64,000 nucleotides of DNA from the human T2T-CHM13v2.0 reference genome, Homo sapiens. Location of the stretch: assembly GCF_009914755.1 (NCBI RefSeq), contig NC_060930.1. One strand, given 5' to 3'. Made by a program: the position numbers and the translations under genes. Below the pieces are notes generated by a model. It saw nothing but the letters and a program-made list of their open reading frames with translations, ran no database searches and was not told the origin of the DNA. Shown piece after piece: positions 14,571 to 25,526 of the stretch; position 1 is the first letter of the stretch, and each line of letters opens with the position of its first letter.

Positions 14571-14741
14571 TTTTTTATTTTACTTTAAGTTCTAGGTTAC
14601 ACATGCACAATGCGCAGGTTTTTTACATAGGTACACATGGGCTATGTCGGTTTGCTGCACCCATTAATTCATCATTTACATTAGGTATTTCTCCTAATGC
14701 TATCCCTCCCCCCTCCCCTCACCCCACGACAGGCCCCGGTG
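14571..14741 (-). mobile_element. Very short 5'-truncated L1PA
   Basis: Antisense L1PA terminus (tactttaagttctagg..acattaggtatttctcctaatgctatccctcccc); TSD tac(t/g)ccataatttta on both sides. Confidence 0.9.
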
Positions 14742-15749
14742 AATACGCCATAATTTTAAAAGGAAAGCAACTGTGAACTCGGTTATACTTTACAATAAGT
14801 TTATATTTTATTAATGACATTATCAATATATGTTTGAAAAAGTGACATATGAAACATTTACCCATTCCACAGGCATTGCTTGGCACAGAATCACAAGCCC
14901 CTGATAATAATTCAGCAGTGACCTCAGAGTCCTCCGGCCAAAGGCTGGAAACTTGGGCAGCAATTCTTGTGGCTCATCTTAAAGATTCTTCCTGCTGAGG
15001 GGCCGATTCTCTACCACATACTTGACCCCCGACTTGGCTCCTTCCCCATGAACCATCACTCACCATCTTCCTGGAACTCAAGTTGGCTTCATCAGATCCC
15101 CCCAGCCTGATCCCAGAGTTGGCACCCAGGGATGTCCCTCCACCGTGGGGGCCTTCCACGCTTCGGGAACCTCTCGGAGTGGCTGGGGTTGGGAGGTATT
15201 CCTTACAAAGCCTCAGTGGTGAGAGAGCAGGCACTCCAACCTTCCAACAGGCACAGACACTCCAGCAAGCAGATTGGAGCCACCAGGAGTGAGGGAATTC
15301 AGAGGGAAGAGGGAAGAGGCCTCTGAGAACAGTTCTAAGCTGATAAATTACACAGTCTGACTCAAATGATATCACCAATCTCTGTCACAGACTGAATCCC
15401 ACCACATCCTCACCTTCACCCTCACCCCAGAGAGTGCTATTCCCTGGGCCAAGATCAGGCCCAGAGACCTCCGAGGGTGGGCAACAGGGGAGGGCAGGAG
15501 AACAGAATGACTGGAAGCTTCTGCCCAAGAGGCCAAAGGGGGACTCTGAGCAGTTGCAGGGCAGGGAGGCCCTGGCAAAGGTGCAGCCATGAATCCAACA
15601 GCCAGGGCTCCATGAGCGAGGCTGGGTGACATGGAGAGTCAGCCTGGAGGGTCCAACCAAAGGGCTCAGAGGTACTGCTGTCAACAGTCTTCTGCAAGGT
15701 GCTGCCCAGGAGGCCTGGCCGGAGAACTGAGTGTAAAGAGACGATACAG

Positions 15750-16062
15750 GGCTGAGTGAGATGGCTCACGCCTGTAATCCCAGCACTTTGTGAGGCAAAA
15801 GCAGGTGGATCACTTGAGGTCAGGAGTTCAAGACCACATGGCCAACACGGTGAAACCCTGTGTCTACTAAAAATACAAAAATTAGCTGGGTGTGGTGTCG
15901 CACATCTGTAGTTCCAGCTACATAGGAGGCTGAGGCACAAGAATCACTTGAATCCAGGAGGCGGAGGGTGAAGTGAGCTGAGATAATGCCACTGCACCTC
16001 AGCCTGGGTGACAGAGCGAGACTCTGTGTCAAAAAAATAAAAGAAAGAAAAAAAGAAAAAAG
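15750..16062 (+). mobile_element. AluS
   Basis: Full Alu; TSD aaagagac(g/t)atacag at 15735-15749 and 16063-16077. Confidence 0.95.
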
Positions 16063-17587
16063 AAAGAGACTATACAGACAGTGATCAGAATTACCTGGCA
16101 CAGAAAAATCAGGTTTTCAGTTTTGCTCTCTTGCTGTCTTAAGTCATTAATTGAAATTTTGATAATAATGGACTGAAAAAAAAAATACATTCCATGGAAT
16201 GCCTTAATCAATTATTTAATTCAAGGCGGCAAATAATCTAGACCAAACCAATGTGCAGAGGGCAGTTGCGTTGTTCTTTGTCTGGAGCTTGTGCAGTGCC
16301 AAGCCTTTCCAGGCAAATAGCCCCACACAGCCTAGATGCCTCCGTGCGGTTGTGAAGTTCAGGCGTGTGTTGGTTCACTGCAGATAGATGGGGAGGATGG
16401 AGTACCCGCCATCCCCAGCCCCCTTGACCACCGACACCATCCAGGAAATAAGAACACAGAGGAATAAGAGGACCAAAGCTATGATGCTGGCCTGGAAGCT
16501 TGGATGAGAAGAATCTTCTCAGTTTTTTTTGCCCTTCCAGTGAACAAACGTCCTATCAGAAATTAATCTGTGCAATGTGTGAGAGTCTTCTCAGTCACAT
16601 TTTGCTTTCCAAAACCCTACTTAGTCCTTTGAGGTCTCACACACACACTCCTATCATTATGCTGAAAACCCTTTCAAAAGGGTTGCCCATGATGGCCATA
16701 CTGCCAAACCCACTGATCCTTTTAAGTTCTCATTCCTCTTAGTTTCCATAACACACGACTGCCTCTCTGTGCAACCAGGCCTTTGTCAAAAGAAAAACCC
16801 CAAACGATTTGATATCTACAGCATGGAGACGGAGGAAGAGGCAAGGGGCCAAGACCACATTAGTGGGCATGTGTGTCTGACATGTGTTGCCAAAACAGAA
16901 ACTGGGAAGCTGGGAGGGGAGCGTGGTCTGGGGGGAGTCTTGGATGTGTTCAGCAGGCTCTTGGAGACCTGGAGTCCAAATCAGGGTAGGGGGCCATTCG
17001 TATTTTTTAAAAGTTGTTCAAGTCATGGAAGAGAGTGTGGCCATACCAAGAAAAGATGTAGGCTGCCTTGAATTCAGCTTCCCTCTGTTCAGCCCAGTCC
17101 TCGCCACTGACAAGTATTTTGTAAACACTGTTTATTTTCTCCAGTTCAAAATCAACTCTCTTGATTCAATTCTAAAGCCCCTTTGCCTGGCATTCAAGGC
17201 TCTGTATAAGTCTCTAATTTTCCCACTGGATTACTCACTACTCTGAAACAGCTCATGCCTTCTGGGGGCTCACACCTGCCTTGAGCCAGACCATTTCTCC
17301 CATCTTCACGGGCTCCACTTTTCTCCTGCCTCCAGCCAGGCTGTCTTCCCATCACACTCCTCCTCCCTCTGCAACTTGCGTTCACTGCGCTGCCTCCATA
17401 TTAGGTGTCAAGAGGATCACCTAATTCATTACTGAAACGTCACCTTGCATTTCCCCTCCTTCGTCTGAGTGCACCCTTTTCCCAATCAAATTGGCAAGAA
17501 GGTTGTGTCTTGCGTTACTTTTTTTATGATCTCCTGAAACATCCAACATAAAGCAACTATACACTATATTTTTGATGGATGGATGGT

Positions 17588-17955
17588 CCTAGAGTTTGGA
17601 TATGTTTGTCCCCCAGATTTGGTCTCCAATGTTGTTGGTGGGGAGGTGGAAGGTGTTTGAGTCACGGGGCCAGATCTCTCATGGTGTGGCTTTGCAGTAG
17701 TGAGTGAGTTCTAAAAGGAGCCTGGTACCTCCTCTCTCTCTCTCCCTGGCCCTCCGTCCCTCCTCCTCCTCCTCTCTCGCCATGTGAGCACAGCACAGCC
17801 AGCTCCCCTTCCCTCCCACCAGGAGTGGAGGCAGCTTGAGGCTGGCACCATGCTTCCTGTACAGCCTGCAGAGCCATGAGCCAAGTCAACCTCTGTTCTT
17901 TATGAATCATCCAGCCCCAGGGACTCCTTTATGGCAACACAAATGGAAAAGACAG
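17588..17955 (+). mobile_element. MST (MaLR) LTR
   Basis: gtttggatatgtttgtcccc..cttcctgtacagcctgcagagccatgagccaagtcaacctct..ctttatggcaacacaaatgga. Confidence 0.85.
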
Positions 17956-18059
17956 ATGGATCGCCTGACATGGGGAAATGCCTCAGTAAAACTAAAACGC
18001 TGATTATTTGCAGTATTGAAGGAGTTTCTCTTTACAAAATTAGTCATTACATGTTTTTT

Positions 18060-18347
18060 GTTTTTTGAGATGGAGTCTTGCTCTGTCGCCCAGGCTGGAG
18101 GGCAATGGCACGATCTCTGCTCATTGCAACCTCTGCCTCCTGGGTTCAAGCGATTCCCTGCCTCAGCTTCCCAAGTAGCTGGGACTACAGGCACCTGCCA
18201 CCACGCCCGGCTAATTTTTGTATTTTTAGTAGAGACAGAGTTTCACTATGTTGGCCAGGCTCATCTTGAACTCCTGGCCTCAGGTGATCTGCCCTCCTCG
18301 GACTCCCAAAGTGCTGGGGTTACAGGTGTGAGCCACTGCGCCTGGCC
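18060..18347 (-). mobile_element. AluS
   Basis: Full antisense Alu; TSD cattacatgtttttt at 18045 and 18348. Confidence 0.95.
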
Positions 18348-18359
18348 CATTACATGTTT

Positions 18360-18690
18360 TTTACTATGGTATAATTGGCATAACATAAAATGTAGCATTT
18401 TAACCATTTTCAAATGTGCAGTTCGGTGGCATTAAATGTGTTCACAATGTCACGCAACCCCTACCACCTTCCATCTCTAGGATTTTTTTTATCATCCCAA
18501 ACTGAAACTCTGTACTCATTACGCAATAACTCCCCATCCCCTCCTCCCAGCCCCCGGTCACCTCTATTCTACTTTCTGTCTCTATGAATTTGACTACTCT
18601 AGGTGCCTCATATACGTTGAATCATACCCTATTTGTCCTTTTGTGACTGGTTTATTTCACTTCGCAGAATGTCCTCAAGGTGATTACATA
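18360..18690 (-). mobile_element. L1MB 3' end
   Basis: cataacataaaat..cagttcggtggcattaa..tttctgtctctatgaatttgactactctaggt. Confidence 0.85.
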
Positions 18691-18944
18691 TTCTTTTAGC
18701 AGGTTCCCAGCTAAACTTAAAATACATTCATTTCTAAATATTTGATAGTTGATATGGCGTGAGCATTGACTACAGGGGAAGAAATCAGGACCAATCAGAA
18801 CAGGTGCTAACCACAAATGACCCGTACCCCAGCCCTGCCTCCACCACACGAGAACCCTTCCAAGGCTTCTCAGAGACATGTCTGTTCTGGAATATAAGGA
18901 ACACTGCATCTTAAAGTAATGTAGCGAGGAAACAGCATTGTGCA

Positions 18945-19140
18945 AAATTCTTTATCATCTCACTAAATCTTCACAACAACTAATGGCTTGGACCTGTATT
19001 GTTCCCATCTTAAGCATGGGGAAAGCAAAACTGAATGAGACCAAGCAATTTGCCCCAAATCACAGTCAGGAAATATTGGAGCTGAAACTCAAACACTCAA
19101 ACTGATGTCTATTGACCCCAAATGCCACGTTCTTATACAC
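18945..19140. mobile_element. MIR
   Basis: aatcttcacaacaac..ttgttcccatcttaa..caatttgccccaaatcaca..ggagctgaaactcaaac. Confidence 0.6.
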
Positions 19141-21437
19141 CCACCACAATCGCCCCAATACCCCCACCGAGTGTACAGAAAAGCAAGAAAGTCAACCAGA
19201 TGGTCCCAAAAGTAGAACCTGAAAGTGGTTTGTAGCATTTAAGTTAAGAACACTGAGAAGGTGACTTTAAAACAGTCTGAGTGTATAAATTGCAATCAGA
19301 CTATTAAAGTCTCTTTTAAAGAGAGAACAAATGAGCTTCAACAGTACCAGAAGGAATTTCATTATCAGATGCATTATCTAAGGGTTGTGAGTTCCCTTCC
19401 CAGGAGATGGCAGGAGCAGGAGGGGCTCGAACCTGTCTCGATGCAGCCTGCCTGGAGGCAAAGAGCTAACCTGGTGATCTTGTGCAACTCTCCCAGCAGG
19501 AGAAGTCCCCGAGGTAACACTTGTGAAGCCTTTGAGTTCCTGGAAGAAAGGCTCCCTAGAAACACTAGGCAAGTGTCATAAATATGCATGTGTGTTTTAT
19601 CCTGTTATCATTATAGTCCTACTGGGTGGGGTGCATGTCTGACACTCTCAAAATTTAAGGGGCAATGTCCCCTTTGATTACAGGGCATTCTGCAGTGAAC
19701 TAACTTCCAAACCATCTCCAACTTGCATTCAAGCAGCATCTTTTAACTTCAAGCCAAGCGGTTAGTTTGCCTTGAAGTGACTATTTCACCGAGCAGGGAA
19801 GATGCCGGCTTTTCATTTCCATTCCTTTATAGCTGGTTCTCTATGCATTGCCTCAGAGGCTGAGTTTGTCAAGATAAGTAAACAGCAAAACCCAGTGTGC
19901 TTTTTCTCAGGACGACCCCGTCGTCTGAGGCAGATTAAGTGTAGTGAAAGCTGACATCCAAGCCATCCTACCTTCGGAAATTCTCTGGGAGGAAAAATGA
20001 ACCCAAAAGTGTGCCCATTCCAGGTGACAGGGAGCATCTAAATGTTGCAGGCATTCCTAGGGGCAAATTTATGTCAGATGTAGGATTTTTCTACAGCAGA
20101 CATGTCACCTTTGTCTTACCTTCATTCGGCCAAACCTACTCACTTTGTAGTTCATGTTCAATTTCTGCTCTTCGTGTGGTTTTAAAGGGACTCCACGTGA
20201 GTCCACATCCATTTAGTTTGTTAAGAGGGTTTGTTGGCCACCACCATTGTGTCCACCTTCTCCTGCACGCTTTCTACTGATGAGCCATCACCATGCAATC
20301 CTCAATAGAATGTAAATGGTGTTTTGAAGCTGCATGCATTCTTTAGCTTCTGAGGTCACTTCATCTCAGGGATTATCCAGATTTTCATTGTCTAAAACAG
20401 TTATTTTGTATGTGGCAATTATATAAACATCTGGATGAATCCAGACTTGTATTTGCTAACTTTTGTACCAAATGCAGTTGGCTCCAAAGCATTGGTATAT
20501 ATGGGGGCTAAACGGAAAATAATTTCTGTATGAAAATGTGGAAATTCTGTCTTCTAAAAATATGGTTAAATCTAATTCCCAAGATTAACACCTTCCTAGT
20601 ATTTACAGAGCAGCCGATGTCTACAGTGGACCTCTAACCCTGGAATGTAGCCTTTTTTAGCATGCAGTCAATGTATTGACAAAAGCTGTAGGCGGCTTTT
20701 GATCTATTGGCATTTTTGTATTAAGAGGAGTCAGAATATATATACACACAGCCACCAGAATCAACCTTGACACAGTCAAGTCAGTTATTTCAGCTACCTT
20801 TTCCATGAAGTACAGGATGGGACCACAGAGAACTCCTAATGGTGTAGCAATGCACATTGACCATTAAGATGGATGGAAGGTCAGGATACACAAGCCATGA
20901 CTCAGTCATTTCTGCTCTAGAGACACGTCCTGCACCTTCTCCCAGGAAGACATCAATTCATGTCTACTTCTATACCACCAAGCCATTCAGTGGCTATTGT
21001 CAAAGTGCCTGAATTAAATGGGTGAAGAGAATCTCCCAGAAATTCACCCCAAACCCATACCAAAGCCAGACTTAAAATTCACAGTTATTATTCAGCGAGT
21101 GGATGGAGCACTGGTACCCTGCTGCTGGTGAACATGGAGAGCTCCAAAGTTGATATTGTCTACTCTAGTGTAGCACAGTGGGCACGCAGCAACCATGATT
21201 ATGCAGAAGGGGGTAAGAGGGACAAAAAATGAGATACGCAAATTTGGAGACAACATTGTCTTATGCAGTTGAACCATAAAATTGATATCTGTAGACTAAG
21301 GAGACAGGCAAAGCCTCCTAAAATTTGAGAAAGAGCCATAGGCCTGTATGACATGACTGTCACCTGGTGATTAGGTTAAATATCTAAAGAAAGGCTTGAT
21401 CAGTCAGGAGGAGTTTGACAATCATGAAAACACAGAA

Positions 21438-21752
21438 GGCCAGGCATGGTGGCTCACACCTGTAATCCCAGCACTTTGGGAGGCTGAGGCGGGCGGATCA
21501 CGAGGTCAGGAGTTCGAGACCAGCCTGACCAACATGGTGAAACCCCGTCTTTACTAAAAATACAAAAATACAAAAAAAAAATTAGCCAGGCGTGGTGGCA
21601 GGTGCCTGTAATCTCAGCTACTAGGGAGGCTGAGGCAGGAGAATTGCTTGAACACTGGAGGCGGAGGTTGCAGTGAGCCAAGATCAGGCCACTGCACTCC
21701 AGCCTGGCTGACGGTGCAAGACTCCGTCAAAAAAAAAAGAAAGAAAGAAAAA
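21438..21752 (+). mobile_element. AluS
   Basis: Full Alu; TSD gaaaacacaga. Confidence 0.95.
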
Positions 21753-22097
21753 GAAAACACAGAGAAAGGAGCACCTCCAGTCCTGAAAGAGGAGAGCCAC
21801 CTGGCCTGTGGATACAACGGCTAGTCTTGGGGGCAGGTCAACTCTGAGGAAGGCAACTGGGCTGCTTCTCAGAGCTTAATGCCAGTAAGCATTCATGTTC
21901 TTTCACCAGGCCCCCTGTTAGAAGTGCATGCTCACCCACACGACCCGCTGACTACAAGGCACCTTCCCAGGTCATGTGCACGTTTCAAAACAATAAACTG
22001 GCATTCTGGTGTATACATCAGCCTTTTGGAGTTTAACATTGGTTAATGTCAACCAGTTAACATTGGTTCATGTTGGTGCATCCGGGGAGACACATCC

Positions 22098-22171
22098 CGT
22101 TCGGTTAGCATTAGGAATGCTATGGCAATTAGAATAGGTACAATAAGAAGTAGGAGGTTGGCTATGGGCAC
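22098..22171 (-). pseudogene. MT-ND1 N-terminal fragment (24 codons) within the NUMT
   Basis: Mitochondrial-code translation (V/M)[23 protein letters not shown] matches the human ND1 N-terminus; first codon is GTG instead of ATA. Confidence 0.95.
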
Positions 22172-22173
22172 GT

Positions 22174-22248
22174 TGTTAAGAAGAGGAATTGAACCTCTGC
22201 CCATAAAGTTGTAAATTTTACGCAATTGCCGGGCTCTGCCGTCTTAAC
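22174..22248 (-). tRNA. Nuclear copy of mt-tRNA-Leu(UUR) (MT-TL1-derived) with anticodon mutated to TAC (Val); presumed pseudogene
   Basis: GTTAAGACGGCAGAGCCCGGCAATTGCGTAAAATTTACAACTTTATGGGCAGAGGTTCAATTCCTCTTCTTAACA. Acceptor and T stems are perfect; anticodon loop is TT-TAC-AA; 9 differences from recalled human MT-TL1. It may be the entry I recall as nmt-tRNA-Val-TAC / NMTRV-TAC1-1 (unverified). Confidence 0.93.
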
Positions 22249-22315
22249 AGACTCTGTTCTTGAGTAAGTGTGGGTACGGTGGTAAATTGAGATGATACCA
22301 TTTACGGGGGGAGGC
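22249..22315 (-). pseudogene. MT-RNR2 (16S rRNA) 3'-terminal fragment within the NUMT
   Basis: Reverse complement GCCTCCCCCCGTAAATGGTATCATCTCAA..ACCCACAC..CAAGAACAGAGTCT vs human GCCTTCCCCCGTAAATGATATCATCTCAA..ACCCACAC..CAAGAACAGGGTTT. Confidence 0.92.
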
Positions 22316-22797
22316 CCGTAAATGCCTCCCTTCAGTGAGGCATTTACTGTCTCACTGTGAAAACTGCCTTCCTTCATCGTTAGGCTTCAACCCCCTTTTT
22401 AAAGCAATGAACACGCATTATTTACAAAAGTGGGTAAACATATACTAATACACTTTCCATTACGATGCCTGAAACACTATGATGGCACCACAAGGGCAAC
22501 AATAAGAATAAAATTATCCTATTTGAGGAAAAGATGTTAATTAAGTAAATTATTTTCTCACCTGACTGGCTTGTCGGCAGTTGGAGGGCAGAAGCTGGGT
22601 TTTTATATTGGATATATCTCTACTTTATGTTTATTTTGTCCTTTACAATGCCTGGCCCAGTTCTGGGTATATGCACATGCAAACATTTGTTAGTTTATCA
22701 AGCAAATGAACAACAGCAGCTGAACAATACATTGCAACCGACCGCAACTATGGGATGCGAACTAAGCCAAAAGCCTTGATGCATGAAGCCAAAGGGC

Positions 22798-22887
22798 AAA
22801 GCCTCAAACACCAGTGGGCCCAAGAGATTTGCTCCTGACTCCTAAAGCCTCAAACACCAGTGGGCCCAAGAGGTTTGCTCTGGACTC
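22798..22887. repeat. 46-bp tandem duplication (2 copies)
   Basis: aaagcctcaaacaccagtgggcccaagag.tttgctc starts at 22798 and 22844. Confidence 0.95.
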
Positions 22888-25526
22888 AGGCCATCCTGTT
22901 CCCAGCAAGCAGGCACCTGGCTCAGATGCTTGATTTCATTCAGCCACATTGTCTTCAGCTCCCCAGTGCAGTATGTGAAGGAGCAAGGAAATCTTGGTAC
23001 CGGGAGGTCACTGAGGGCCCATCGCTTACTCCTTCTGAGCTCACTGCTGGTACTGGGACAGGTTGGGTCCTGGGGTGTCTCTGTGTCTAGATGCTACTGC
23101 AGGCGGCAGCAGCATTGACGGAGCATTGTCAGCTCTCCCTCCCTGCTCACTGGGAGAGAAAAGATTTTTCATTTCATACATCATTTACAACTTGCTGCCG
23201 TGATTCTAAAAAACCAGTGGGCTTCATCAAGTTAATGAGCAAGAAAAACATATTTGGTGAGTGTGTTAATTTTTTGAAAGTTCTGCAGAGCCCAGGACAT
23301 TAGGCAACATGCATAGGGCAGCTCGGCACACCGGGGAGTCCCCTCCCCCCTAAATTTATTCTACCCAGCTATGGGGGTACCTGCTATTGACTAATAAGTC
23401 AGCAAATGTGTCTTAATAGAAATTCAACAACAAATACGTCACTCACTTTGTGTTCTCTGTATATTTTCATGTGGGAACATTTGGGACCGTGAGCAAAAGT
23501 TACCAATGGCCCAGCTGAGTTTCTCTTTCTACACAGGGCAGTCTCTACTACAAGAGAGAGCAGCATGGAGGAACAGCTACAGTGAGAATTCAGATCAGAA
23601 GGAGAAGGAATCATACTGAATCTTAGTGTGTGGGATTTCTAAAATGATAGGAGACTATCTAAAGAACGACGCAGTAATGAAGGGGAAAGACTAGACATTT
23701 GGATGAAATAGCTCTGTCAGAGAACCAAAAGAAGATACTGAAATAAGTCTTCATTTATTAAAGGATCCTTTTAGAGTGCTTATTCTTCTCTATCAAAATC
23801 GGGTACTTTACGCTGGTTAAATACATCTCTGAATTAATCTGCCTGTGAAACCATTGAACCGGGAGAGTCACATTACATTTTACAGTTTCTGTCTTTGAGT
23901 TTCATCATAAATTAGACATCTGAGATTATCCCCAGCAAGTTCATGGTCTTGGCAGAACTCACACCCAGACCTGAAAGAGTATGTCTGCATTTTTCTCATC
24001 TCTTTTCGACACACTGGAGATGTGTGAATTTGTGTCTTATTAGAGATGGGGAAATGTTTGCAGCACTATTAAATGGCAACTATGTGAATTGAATTGAATT
24101 TTAAATTGAAACACAAAATGATAGTTACTACTTCAGGGCTTAGACTATTCCCCTTTCTACACAAAATTGAGAATGGATGGGGCAACATTTTAATATCTCA
24201 TAAAATTCATTTAAAGAGGGTCAATTTCTGGACTCCCACCTATCACGAAAATGACCAACTATAAACACACACATGTACACACAATTCAAAACTCCTGGAG
24301 ACCATAAATAGAATAGATCATTTAGATTAAGCAAATGGCATAGGAGACAGAATACTTTTGCTGAGAATCATTGCGCTAAACTAGTTGTTTTCTAGATAAG
24401 ACAAAATGTAAAACAGTCTATTTCAGAAAAGATACGAAATAAGTATCACTATTTTGGGGAGGAACATAATTGTGTTTTGTTGGGAAATATAAATCCAGGA
24501 AACACTTTTGTATTTTGATATTTAATGGCCTTTTCTATTCCTTCTTGCTGTGGTGATAAACCTCTACTTGACAAAGAAATGCAGTTTTCAGTAACTGAGG
24601 CTGCAGCCAAGCTATCAGCTCAGGAAGGTGCAGGCTCATTCCACACCCAAAGACAGAATATGTGTGTGGCACCCGGTGATTGTTTAGGAGTGTCAGTAAG
24701 AAATGTCCTGATTTGCAAAGCATTTCTGGAGAAGAGATTTGAGAAATGTGACCCACAAGAATGAGGCCAAGGAAAGCAAAGAATCAGCACTGCCTTGGGT
24801 GTTAAATGCCTGCCTTGGGTGCCCCACTTCTAGGAAGAAGCACACAGCCTTCCCTGCATCCTCTCAGCATCCCCGTCACCTTCCTGGGCTGTACAGGGCA
24901 GGCAATGGAGCCAAGTGTCTGCATCTATACAAGGACCTTATGGGCAAGTACCCCATGTCCTCCAGCACAACCCTCAGACCCTAATTAACTCCCCCATCTA
25001 AACCTTAGGCTCACTTTCCACAGCTCACAGTAGTAAATGTTTGCAGGTCTACACTGTAAAAGTAAGGCCCAGCCAGACCACTTCACAGGAAACCTCAAAA
25101 TTCCCAGCAGAACCTATACACAGGTGGGGAGAAACAGTAACAAACGAATGATGGGGACGTTGGTCAAGAGACAGCTGCCTGGGGCAGGACCCGACTGCAG
25201 TGGGGAAAGAATATTCTGGAAAGGCTGGAAGAAAGGCTCTGTCCCTTCTTCACTGTAGTAGGAGTCTTAAAGGCCACCTGGTCCAACAGCTGCCAGGCAA
25301 CCAAAACGCCCCACCCCACCCAGCTTCCAGCTCTGTAGGGACACACGGGAAGGTGACCCCAGTGAGCCACACTCTTGCATCCTCCCCTCCCGAGTACAGA
25401 CAGAGCCTGTGACTTGCTTCCAGCCCAGAGAAATGGCAGAGGTGATTGGACAGTCCTTTCTGTGACTCTGTCACATTAAATTCAACTCCATTTTAGCAGA
25501 CTAGAATGAGAGATTCTCTTGCCGGT

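Larger units (their letters stand above)
22098..22315 (-). pseudogene. NUMT: mtDNA 16S rRNA 3' end + tRNA-Leu(UUR) + ND1 5' end (approx. rCRS 3163-3380)
   Basis: Reverse complement is colinear and gap-free with recalled human mtDNA: 67 nt of 16S, 75-nt tRNA, AC spacer, 74 nt of ND1; roughly 85% identity. Confidence 0.97.

Noticed and set aside
14974-15378. 134-aa ORF as a protein-coding gene
   Set aside because: Non-ATG start, no recognisable homology; kept only as a possible non-coding exon region.
22162-22377. 71-aa minus-strand ORF across the NUMT
   Set aside because: Chance frame through rRNA, tRNA and junction sequence; not the ND1 reading.
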